A stretch of 49,103 nucleotides of DNA, counting the filler, from Jimgerdemannia flammicorona (Eukaryota), in NCBI GenBank assembly GCA_003990765.1. It is 2 parts of 2 records of this genome, joined end to end, with 100 filler letters (N's around TTAATTAATTAA, not from the genome) between each part and the next. Parts side by side here need not be neighbours in the genome. Positions count along the whole stretch, not along the records: positions 24,609 to 49,103 come from RBNJ01000969.1; 1 more part is not named here. The stretch is one strand, 5' to 3'. The position numbers and the translations under genes were made by a program. This document shows positions 38,980 to 49,103 of the stretch, piece by piece. Each line of letters opens with the position of its first letter. Position 1 is the stretch's first letter. Under the pieces are notes generated by a model. It was given only the letters and a program-made list of their open reading frames with translations. It ran no database searches and had not been told where the DNA came from.

Positions 38980-39960
38980 GTGAGACTATTGATGAAAGTA
39001 AGTGAGATATATTGAGAAGTATTGTTAGAGTTTTGGAAATATATAGAAGACTGCTTTGGCTTTATATTTATTTTAGCTACTTTTCCTATATAGTATTATA
39101 ACTATTTATAAAAAAAAATAGTCAAACAAGTCACTTCAATAGTAAGCTCTGTAATTCCAATATATAATTTCTTGATTGACTGACTAGAAGACAAGCTAAA
39201 GAATAGTAATAAATTTCAACTAAGTCTAGTTCAGAGATATACTGTAGAGATCACCTTGAGTAAGCTTAGAAAATACTTCTTCAAAACAGATGCTATCATT
39301 TTCTCAATCAGTATTAGTAAGCCAGTATTGCCACCCATCTCTTCCAAAAAAAACTCTCTATCAAACTCACTCTCTTTATATATACATACAGTATTAGATC
39401 TATACTTGAAGCTCTAGTACTACAAAGATTAGAGCTGAGAGTAGTAGTATATTAAGAAAGCAAAGTAGGCTATAATTGAAACATATTGGAAGAATTATAT
39501 ATTACTACAAGATTTCAGCCAAATTTCAGTCAAGTATACTAAAAAAAACTCTTTTATCATATATTTATTACAATAGCAGAGAAAGGAAGAGAGAACAATT
39601 GGCAGAAACACTCTAATCAATAAATAAACTAATTATTTATCTAACTAATAACCAGGTGATCCTACTAGAGAGCATAGAGATATTCAACTAATAGAAGGTA
39701 GGTTTTCTTTTTATAGATTGTTGATAGAGTTGGGCTAATAATCTTTAACCACTATTCATCATAGAAGTATATAGCTATAGGTATGACAGATATACTTCTT
39801 CAATCTAAGTGATATAGTATGAGACTATCTGATCATTTCTGCCACTAGTACTCTAGTTAAAAGAGTATTCTTTAGAAAGAAGAATCTTATTTCTCTTAAG
39901 AGATATATTCAACTAAGACAATTCAGATATATATACTTGAAGTCTTAGTAGGATATAGAT
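38980..39960 (+). pseudogene. hAT transposase C-terminal half with two probable spliceosomal introns
   Basis: IPIYNFLID…KLRKYF…VLDLYLKL (LDPRxK); FN**K; DYLIISATSTLVKRVFF…LKS** (dimerisation domain); GT-AG introns at ~39317-39391 and ~39698-39780. Confidence 0.8.
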
Positions 39961-40045
39961 TACTAATTCATATAAATAATAAAGAATAAATTATTTTTAA
40001 TAGAGTTTTTCTAGAAAAATATAGTTTCAGTGAATCAAGAGATAA

Positions 40046-40475
40046 GAAAATCAGTAGAGAGAGTATACAGAATTTGTAGCCCTCTATCTGCTGTAAGAAG
40101 TAACTCCAAATAGCTAAAAGAAAAAAAAATAAAAAAATGAAAAATCAGTAAAAAGAGTATGTAGAATTTGTAGCTCTCTATTTACTATAAAGAGTAACCC
40201 TAAGTAGTTGAAAGAAAAAAAAGAAAAAAAGAAAAATTGGCAAAGTGAGTATATAGAATTTATAGTTCTTTATCTACTATGAAAAGTAACTCTAAGTAAC
40301 CAGAAGATAAAAGGAAAAAAAGAAGATTGGCAAAGAGAGCATATAGAATTTGTAGTTCTTTACCTACTATAAGAAGTAACTCTAAGTAGTCAGAAGGTAA
40401 AAGAAGAATTAGCAGAGGAAGTATACAGAATTTATAGCCCTCTACCTACTATAAAGAGCAACTCTAAGTAGTTAA
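40046..40475. repeat. Five-copy tandem repeat of ~82-94 bp with A-rich spacers
   Basis: Core approximately gagagtatacagaatttgtagccctctatctactataagaagtaactctaagtag. Confidence 0.85.
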
Positions 40476-40896
40476 AATCCAGTATAGTTTCAGATTTTAC
40501 AGATATTCTGATCCTATATAGAAGTACTATGAGTACTCTATAGCAGAGTTAAGGAACTGATAGAGCCCAGCAAAAAGACTAAACTAATACTAAAAAAAAT
40601 ATGTCCATACTGTCTACCTCTTATAAAACTATTCCACTTACTAGTTCTAGATTATAATAGGTCTGTTATCTATTATAAGTATAATAATAGTTATGTCTAA
40701 GCTCTCTTTAAAGGCAATAGTACTATGGAGATTATGCAGCTAGAATAAGACTACTATATTGGCTATAAATAGAACCCTGAAGCCATAAGAGAGATTATAC
40801 TAGATATCTCTACTGCTCTCTTAAGTAGAGTCCTTTCTATATATCTAGAATATAAAATATTACCAGAGTAATATTGTTATTTATATGTATATATAG

Positions 40897-41362
40897 TGTA
40901 ACATAGCAGATGCTTACTCTTGAAAGTACATTGGACTTCTATATCTTGAAAACTTGATCTTCTCTGACTCCTCAGAGTCCTTTGAGTTGCAGGGGAGGGT
41001 AGGTGAGTTTGAAGTATATCTGCCTGCAGGCTTACTAGTTCCTTTGCTATCTTTTTGCTTTGAACTATTTTGATCTGAGGTTTATTTACTCAAAGATACT
41101 GGGTTATTTATATAAGTTTGCTAGTTATGAGATGGTCACTGGGTTATGTGGCTAAGTTATGAGTCATTTAACACTTTGCAAAATATTTTGCTAGTTGTGA
41201 AATGCTATACTATATTGAGAAGCTCGATCTTGCACTTTGTGAAATATTTAGCAAATGGCAGAATCGAGGACTGCTAACTATGTGGCTATACTACTTTGGG
41301 ACTGGATGCAATCAAGTGTCTATTCTCTATTTCCTTCTTCCAAATATGGCTATACCATCACA
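40897..41362 (-). repeat. 3' LTR of element D
   Basis: TG…CA termini; about 92% identical to 47143-47608 by manual alignment. Confidence 0.95.
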
Positions 41363-41861
41363 ACTTCCTTTTGAATAGATGATCTCGTCCCTGAAGTATC
41401 TATTCAAACTTCCAAGCTTCAATGGTCTGTATGGTCTTGTATTATGTGATTTGTTGCATTACTGTTTCCCAATAGTGTCACCTGACTCGGTTGAAGTCTG
41501 AGGGAGTCACTCCTTGCAGGTGGGCTAGTGCTGGTTCATCTTCTCAGAATAGCTTGTGGATTCTCTTAGCAATAGTGATCTAGGAATAAGAGAGCTGGCA
41601 TTCTGCAATCCAATTTTCTTTGGTCATTTCTGGGTCTTGGTTGAGTACTTGGCCAAGTTTTAAGTACTCTTGGAATTCATTTCAATGCTGATAGGCCTTG
41701 AAGTGTGAGATCTGAGAGAGATGAGTCTGTATGATGCTTTGGATACTATCATAAAACTCCTCTATGGTCGGAGACTCAGTGGTGTACCATTGTCTCTCGA
41801 TGGCTCTTTGGGCAGTGCTAGTGATCTTGAGTGCCATTGCAGTACTTTTGTTACTGGCCAT
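41358..41861 (-). pseudogene. ORF3 of element D, unknown accessory protein (~165 aa, in-frame stops)
   Basis: ATG overlaps the last pol codons; MASNKSTAMALKIT…EYLKLGQVL…IAKRIHKLF*EDEPALAHLQGVTPSDFNRV…; homologous to the ORF in the C LTR. Confidence 0.7.
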
Positions 41862-44800
41862 GATATTTTTTAAGTCAGTTTCGGTGAATGGTGGTGGGGA
41901 TTATTGTGCCTGAGAGTTTTCGTAGCTAAAAGGTGGTCTCTTTTATATCTTGTATCAGGTAAGGTCCTTCCCACTTGGACTCCAGTTTTCGTAACCATGA
42001 AGCTTCTACCATATTTCGATACACCAGGACTTTGTCTCCAATCTTGATAATCTCCAAGGGTTTGTGGGTCTTTTCTGCATTCTTCCATTGTAGTATCTGC
42101 ACCTTGGTTATATAATCCTCAGCCTTCTTCCTGATTTGGTATAGTCTCCATATTTCCATATCCACATGTTTCCATACAGCATCTCTATTGAATGATAGGG
42201 TTCCCTGAGAACATTTTTCTCCAAACAGCATTTCTTGAGGAGTAAAGTGGGTACTTTGTGATCGGATATCCTGGAGAGCAGATAATGCTATTGGCAGATA
42301 GTGATTCCAGTTCTTGTAGTTATCACAGATCTTGGCAATAATATTCTTGAGGGTTTTGTTAGTCCTTTCTACTTGTCCGTTTTCTTGAGGATAATATGCT
42401 ATGGTCCAGATATACTGGATCTTGTACTTTTTGTAGAGAACTTCGAAAAACTGGTTCACAAATTCTGTTCCTCTATCTGTAGTTACTTGTGTTGGGGTCT
42501 TGAACCAGCAGATGATTTCTTTGTGGAAGAAATTGGCAATTGACTGTGCATTGGCTTCCATAAGGGGTCCTGCTTCTATCCATTTTGTAAAAAGGTCTAT
42601 GATGATGATGATGTATCAGTTGCCAGTCAAAATCAAGGGTAGAGGACCAATTACATTCATTGCAATGTGGGCAAATGATACTGGTTCTATGTGTGCTGAT
42701 CCTGGGGCTTGATTTCATTAGTCTTGTTTCCATTTCTGGTATTTGTTACAGGTCTTGACAAATTGTCTGATATCTTCCTCCATCCCTGGCCACTATATTA
42801 TTCTTCTTGCCTTGTCATATATATTCATTTCTCCTAGATGGCCAAGTTCATATACTGATTTCATTGCTTGCTCCTTCTTGTGTTCTGGTATAACTAGTAG
42901 TTTTCCTTTTTTCAGTATTTCTCCATCAGTTTCGAATTGTTTCCATATTCTGTTGATAATCGTTTGTGTCCATTCTTTCAGATATTGGGGCATCTTTTGC
43001 TGTCCCAGATATGTGATAATTCTGTAGTAGAGCTCCTTATTCATGATTGATTTGTTGGTTAGAGATAGTTCGGGGTGTCTGTAAGAGGGCATCTGCATTG
43101 GAATTTGTTCTTCCAGGGCAGTATACAATGGTTACATCATAGGTTTGTAGCTTCATTATCTATCTGATATAGATTCCTTTGGGTTGTCCAGTTATCAGTA
43201 GCTAGGTGAGAGCTGAGTGGTCCATCTGGATGGTGAAGTGTCTTCTGGCCAGATAGTAGTGGAACTTTTCCACAGCCCAGATGACTGCAAGGCATTCTAA
43301 CTTATAGGACTCATATTCTTTTTCAGCCCCTCGGGTTCTGCAGCTAAGATATGCAATGACATACTCTTTTTTGTCTTCTTTTTGAGCTAGGACCGCTCCT
43401 AGTCCCTGTGCACTTACATCTATCTGAAGGATAAATTCTTAGGTCCAATTGAGTCATCTGAGGATGGGTGCCTGAGTTAGTCTGATCTTGAGTTCATCAA
43501 ATGCTTTTTGTTGTCTGCCAGTCTACTGGAACTTGGTATCCTTCTTGTTGAGTTCATAGATTAGACCTACAATGTTGAAGAATCCTCTAATGAATCTGTG
43601 ATAGTAAGAGGCAAGTCCCATGAAGGCTTGAGCTTCTGTGATGGTAGTGGGCCTTGGGTATGCTGCTACCACTTATATCTTGAGGGGGTCTGTGTGTGTT
43701 CTATCTCGATTGATAATATGGCCAAGATAAGAGATCTCAATTTCTGCAAACTTGTACTTCTTGGGTTTGATATAAAGGTCATGTTGTCTTAGTCTCTCTA
43801 TTATCTGCTGTATGTGCTGCAGATGTTCCTCAGGTGTCTTGCTGTAGATGATTACATCATCAACATAGACCATCATCTATCTTCCTATATCATAGCAGAA
43901 GATTTTGTTCATCATTCACTGGAAGCTTGCTGGTGCATTGCATATTCTGAATGGTATTCGTAGGTAGATGTAGGTTCCATCTGGGGTGATGAAGGCTGAC
44001 TTTTCACTTGCCATCTCTGTGAGTCTGATTTGGTGAAATCCTGAGTATAAGTCCAAGGTGCTGTAGTACTGTACTTCATCTCCCAGTGTTATAAGGATGT
44101 TACTGATGAGTGGCAGTAGTTGGCGATCCTTCTTGGTAACTGCATTAAGCTTTCTGTAGTTGACACAGAGCCTTGGGGTGAATTCTCCAGGTTTGCTTCC
44201 TTTTTTCGGGGCTAGTACAACTGATGAAGACCAGGGGCTGCTGGATTCTTTGATGATACCAGCTTCTTCTATCTGCTTGATTTCTTCTCTGAGCCATTCT
44301 TGGTAGGCTGGTGGGACAGGTCTTGCCTTCTGGTAAATTGGTTCGGTGTCTCCAGTATCTACCTCATGATAGTAGTGTGGAGTCTTTTCCTTGATATTCT
44401 TGAAATCTGTGGCGAGAATATCCTCGAATTTGTGGAGTATTTTCTTAAGTTTCTCTTTGAGTGGGAATTCGTCTCCAATGGTGTAACTGTGCTTGCTTGT
44501 GTTTTCCTCCTTCTTATGCTCGAGTTCAGTAATCTTGGTACTGGTGAATACTCCTTTTCCTATAGATTCAAATCCTTTCTTTTCTCTTTTCGTTTCCTCC
44601 AGCTTCTTAACTTCTATGATCTTTAGTTGTAGGATTGGAAAGATCAACATTTGCACCAATCAGTCCTTCTTCTTGACTGGAAATGGGATTATAGGATTGT
44701 GATTCCTAGAAATGAGTAGAATTTCTCCAGTATAGTCTAAATTGATGACTCCTCCTTCAATTGTGATTTTGCTTCTAGCCAGACTGCTTCTTGTCTTGAG

Positions 44801-47086
44801 AATCCTGATATGATTCTTTGAGATGGTCATCTCCAGTCCAGTTGTGAGTAGGGTGGTTGTCTGGGGCTCCAGTACAGTCTCTTCTACTGTAGCGATGTCT
44901 ATTCTGGCTGTGTTTTCTGACTTATATTCTGGCAAGACTGCATCAGGGTGGATCTTTCAAATCTTGACCTTGATTTCTTCTTCATCATTACTGTCCTCCA
45001 GGAGGGCTGGTGGTTTGTCATCTTCCTCCTTCTCTTCTTCCCTAATCTGTTTTTCGAGAGCTTTCTGCCTTCTTTCTTGGTAGATCTTCTTGGTTCCGAT
45101 AGTGCACTGGTAGCAATCATTGACATGCTCCATACAGTATATCTTGATTCCATGAGGACAGACTCCTTGTGGGGCATAACTTTCTGTGATCTTCTTGCAC
45201 CATTCTTCTTCACTCATCCATCCAACTTTCTTCTTCTTTGGAGTAGTCACCATATAAGCTTCCTCTTGCTTGCTCTCTTCTTCCTCCATGTCAGGCAGGA
45301 CTCCTTTGTTAACATTGATGGGAATTCGTATCTTCTGTCCCCAGTAGGTGATCTGCATCTTCTGGGCATTGAGATTGATTACTGCCTTAGCTTTGTGAAG
45401 CTATTGATTGCTGATGAGAATGTCATAGTTGGTGGTATTGGTTACAATTATATCTACTGGGATTGTTGCTCCTCCAATCTTGATGGGAATATCTCGGATC
45501 TTTCCCAGGGGTGTGGCTCTTGTGCTGTCAGCTGTGATGAACACCAGCTTAGTTGCTTCTTCCATATCCCAACCTAGGCAGTCTGCTGCCTTCTCGCTGA
45601 GGAGACATCCTCCTGCTCTCATATCAATGATGGCTTTAAAGATTCTATCTTCGATTTGGCATGTTGCATAAGCAGAGGTTTTGTGATTGTCCTCACTTTC
45701 TTCTCCTGAGTCCTCTTGAACATTATTGGCCTCAGTTATCTTCCATCCTTGTTCCTTAGTTATTTCGGCAAGTCCAAATCTCATTTGCTGTCTGAATGTT
45801 AGGATTTCTGTGAGCTGACCAAAGGTTGCATTGACCTTTTGTAACTGAGGTCCTTGAAGATATCATACTTGAAGGTCTTAGTCTTGCAAAGCTTCTTTTC
45901 TTTTTCTCCTTCACTGGCTGGAGTGGTTCCTTGGATGATATCTTGAACTGCTTGCTCCAGCTCTGTATCTTGGTCCATTTCTTCAGCTTGGCTTTCTGTG
46001 GTAGTTTCCATCCACTTTTCCACTGGATTCTTCTTGGGTCTTCCTGGCAGTTTCTTGTAGGGTTCTTTGTGAACATCCTTCTTGGTGGTCTGAGCAAGAT
46101 AGGCCTCCCATTCCTCTTCATCAGATTCTCTGATTTCTTCAAAGATGATTGTATTGGCCTATTCCTTATTTCATGAAGCATTGCTTGGTTGAGCCTTGTG
46201 CTTGGTTTTGCTCATATATTCATAGAAGTAGTGGCCTTCTTCTCCACAGCTATAGCAGGTACCTTTCTTTTTGTCTGAGGTGGTGGCAAACTTCTGAACA
46301 GAGCAGCAGTCTCTTCCTTGAATTTCTTTTACCATATCTCCCAGGTGGGTGGTCATTTCGGCAAATCTTTTGATGAGTTCCTCCATAGGGTCACTGTTTT
46401 TTTGCTGCTCTGTAGCTTTTGGCTGAGGTGTGTTTTGATTGATCATTGTGGTAGGGATTACGCTGGTTGCCTTGGGTGCTTCGATTCTGACTCCTGTAAC
46501 TCTTTCCATTGTATGGTCTTGTGGGTGTCTGACTATCCAGTATCACTGAGCATAGGTGACCTTTTGTGACAGATCTAGGATCACTGGTGATGAGCAGATA
46601 GCCATGGCTATTTCTGGATGGACTCCTTTCATGAAGATTGCTTTGGCTACTTGATCTTGGATAGCGGCAGCATAATCTGCAAGGATTATCTGATATCGAA
46701 TTCTGGTATAGAATGTGTTTGGATCCTCACTCATTCCTTGGCATGTTGTATTGAGCTGATCCTTCAGAGCTTGCTTGATCTCATCTGTATAATATGTATT
46801 TCAGAGCCAGGTCTTCTGTACTGTCAGTATAGCATTGGTATCATTTCCTGCATGGGTTGCAGCTGTGAATGCTGCTCTGGCAGGACCTCATAGGCTGAAG
46901 GGCATGAGGGCTACTTGCTGTGCTGCTGTCAGAGTCCTTACAGTGGCATACTGCTCAAAATCATCAATGAAGGTGATGATTGATTTGTCTGAGGTATATC
47001 CATGGAATACTGGTGGTCTCATATCCATCTTGTCTGGGTATTGGGGCTTGATTTGTATGATTGTTCATATGGTGGTGGTTGTTCAT
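41851..47086 (-). pseudogene. gag-pol of element D
   Basis: ATG at 47086; CYSCGEEGH knuckle; IIDMRAGG protease; STLDLYSGF and VYVDD RT; TDRGTEF, NGQVERTN and WEGPY integrase. Confidence 0.94.
44558..44974 (-). pseudogene. dut: dUTPase domain of element D, between PR and RT
   Basis: KIHPDAVLP…IDIAT…LKTRSSLAR…GGVINLDYTGEI…VQMLI…TKREKKGFESIG. Confidence 0.93.
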
Positions 47087-47142
47087 TGTTCAGCTTGAAA
47101 GTGAGGGATTCATCTTAAATCACCAGCCAATGGACACCAAGT

Positions 47143-47608
47143 TGTAATGTAGCGGATGCTTACTCTTGAAAGTACATCGGACTTCTGTATCTTGAAAACT
47201 TGATCTTCTCTGACTCCTCGGAGTCCTTTGAGTTGCAGGGGAGGGTGGATGAGTTCAAAGTGTATCTGCTTGCAGGCTTACTAGTTCCTTTATTATCTTT
47301 TTGCTTTGAACTATTTCAATCTGAGGTTTATTCACTCGAAGATACTGGGTTATTTATATAAGTTTGCTAGCTATGAGATGGTTACTGGGTTATGTGGCTA
47401 AGTTATGAGTCATTTAACACTTTGCAAAATATTTTGCCAGTTGCAAAATACTATACTATATTGAGAAGCTCAATCTCGTACTTTGTAAAATATTTAGCAA
47501 ATGGCAAAATTAAGGACTGCTAACTATGTGGCTATACTACTTTGGGACTAGGTGTGATCAAGTGTCTATTCCCTATTTCCTTCTTCCAAATCTGGCTATA
47601 CCATCACA
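47143..47608 (-). repeat. 5' LTR of element D
   Basis: Matches 40897-41362. Confidence 0.95.
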
Positions 47609-48329
47609 ATAGATAGAGAAATATTATATCTGATATATTCTAATATAACATAAATATAGTTGTGTAAACTCTTGGCCCAGAACCTCATACTGTTAGATAG
47701 TACTGAAGAAGACTTACTTTTTATTAAGCTTCAGGAGTTCTGACTTAGATATTTACTAAAACAGATCAATATCTGGTCAATTCTTCTATTTTACAAGCAA
47801 CTCTCTCTCTGTTATACAAATAGTCAAGTACTTACTTATCTTATATAGTATACTGAATTATACTAAGAATATATATATATATAACTATACTGAGAATACT
47901 ACCAAGCTAGTCTGCTGTTTATTCTAGAAATCTGCTCAAAGATCTCTAGATCATTATTACTATCATTATATTGACTATATTATACTTATATGTAACTTGC
48001 TTTTTGATTTTACTTTTGAAATTTCAGTAAGAGTATAGTATTTTATATATCTCTGAATATTTTTAATAAAATTGATTAATTTTTTCCAAAAGTCATCAAG
48101 TGTAGGAAATTTGGAAAAATCAAGAAACCCACTCTTTGTCAATATTGCCATATATCTAATTTCCATCCAAACATCTCCTTCTTACTTATTATACTACCTT
48201 TTCTCTACTACTTAATATTTGATAATATAATGACAAAGTTCTTCACTATAGAGGCTTCTTACTACTATTATAACTAGTGCTCCGCAAATCCGACCCGATT
48301 AACCCGAAACCCGACCCGTAAAACAGCCA

Positions 48330-48517
48330 ACCCGGAATTAGACATCACCCGTCTTTAACCCAACCCGGAATTATACGTCACCCATCTTTAACCCGACCTG
48401 GAATTATACATCACCCGTCTTTAACCCGACCCAGAATTGTACGTCACCCGTCTTTAACCCGACCCGGAATAATACGTCACCCATCTTTAACCCGATCTGG
48501 AAATGTATGTCACCCAA
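48330..48517. repeat. 33-bp subterminal tandem repeat, about 5.7 copies
   Basis: Unit acccggaattatacgtcacccgtctttaacccg. Confidence 0.9.
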
Positions 48518-48653
48518 CCCGTTATTTACCCTTAACCCAAACCTGAACCCGACCCCTGAACCCGACCCTGAACCCGACCCCTGAACCCAACCCTGAACCC
48601 GACCCTCTGAACTCTGCTCTAAAAAAATGATTCGGAAAATATTTGGATAATAT

Positions 48654-48921
48654 TCAGAGTAATTGAAAGTGAAAAATATCTGAAGACCACCAAGAATCCA
48701 AACACATGCATGCACGAATTGTATTTACACACAAGCTGTTTTGACGTTCAGTCACTAGCTCACCAGCAATAGAAAAAATACGTTCAGATGGAACAGATGT
48801 TGCCGAAATAGCAAGATAATCATGAGCCATTCGTGAAAGATTAGGATATACCAACTGATTTCGCCACCACCAATCCAGTATATCTATACGAGGATCCGCT
48901 GGATTCTCTGACAAATAACTG
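48654..48921 (-). pseudogene. hAT transposase C-terminal dimerisation domain, cut by an insertion at 48922
   Basis: ILDWWWRNQLVYPNLSRMAHDYLAISATSVPSERIFSIAG…TIRACMCLDSWW. Confidence 0.92.
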
Positions 48922-49103
48922 TAGTGCTCCGAACGAGTCAATTCGAATCAAATCCGGATTCGATTCGTCACATGACGGTTTGATTCGAATCTCAAATCCG
49001 AAGCCATCCGGATCAACTCAGATTTAATCCGAATCGCCCCATCCGAATCGCCCCATCCGAATCACCCATCCGAACCACCCCAATCCGAATCACTCAATCC
49101 GAA
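48922..49103. mobile_element. Left end of a second hAT-family element inserted into the transposase (runs off the window)
   Basis: TIR tagtgctccg followed by gaatc/attcg repeats like the 37822 MITE; ccgaatcgccccat repeats at 49029-49103. Confidence 0.82.

Larger units (their letters stand above)
40897..47608 (-). mobile_element. Full-length Ty3/Gypsy element D, relative of C: gag-PR-Cys/His module-dUTPase-RT-RH-IN-ORF3
   Basis: Two 466-bp LTRs (40897-41362 and 47143-47608); 4-bp TSD ATAG at 40893-40896 and 47609-47612; PBS-like TGG near 47139; PPT at 41363-41372. Confidence 0.96.
48275..48921 (-). mobile_element. 3' end of a CpG-rich hAT DNA transposon
   Basis: TIR tagtgctcc at 48275; acccga subterminal repeats; transposase C-terminus. 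Confidence 0.88.

Noticed and set aside
41358..41861. ORF3 of D as an env gene
   Set aside because: Too short, with no signal peptide, furin site or transmembrane anchor visible.
44948..45577. 209-aa hydrophobic + strand ORF and similar ORFs (16942-17382, 18898-19209)
   Set aside because: Antisense shadows of the A-rich Gypsy pol strand.
47613..48274. ORF 47975-48166 and the surrounding AT-rich DNA as a host gene
   Set aside because: No recognisable motif; composition matches heavily mutated repeat DNA.
48330..48610. 33-bp repeats and aaccc words as a CRISPR array or telomere; ORF 48404-48715
   Set aside because: No unique spacers and no TTAGGG array; these are hAT subterminal repeats and the ORF is their translation.

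Overview
A eukaryotic, most likely fungal, heterochromatin-type window made almost entirely of nested, decayed transposable elements; no intact host gene is visible. From left to right it holds: Gypsy chromovirus A (+), split inside its RT by full-length L1/Tx1-like LINE-1 (15-bp TSD) and itself inserted into older chromovirus relic B; a Copia relic split by Gypsy C (-, 1.5-kb LTRs, 4-bp TSD); a short CpG-retaining unique island; a 100-bp assembly linker; LINE-2 nested inside LINE-3; a Gypsy 3' fragment E carrying a hAT MITE; an intron-containing hAT pseudogene; Gypsy D (-, 466-bp LTRs, 4-bp TSD); and two young-looking hAT ends. Almost all repeats show massive C>T/G>A transition damage (CpG/CpA; RIP-like or methylation-driven). 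The most notable signals are: (1) an uncharacterised accessory ORF3 downstream of pol in D whose homologue lies inside both LTRs of C; (2) dUTPases in three Gypsy elements at two different polyprotein positions; (3) a conserved Cys/His module between protease and dUTPase in C and D; (4) a 39-nt motif shared at the same distance from the 3' LTR by Gypsy A and E, which appear to be different lineages. All translations and alignments were done by eye; domain boundaries are approximate.
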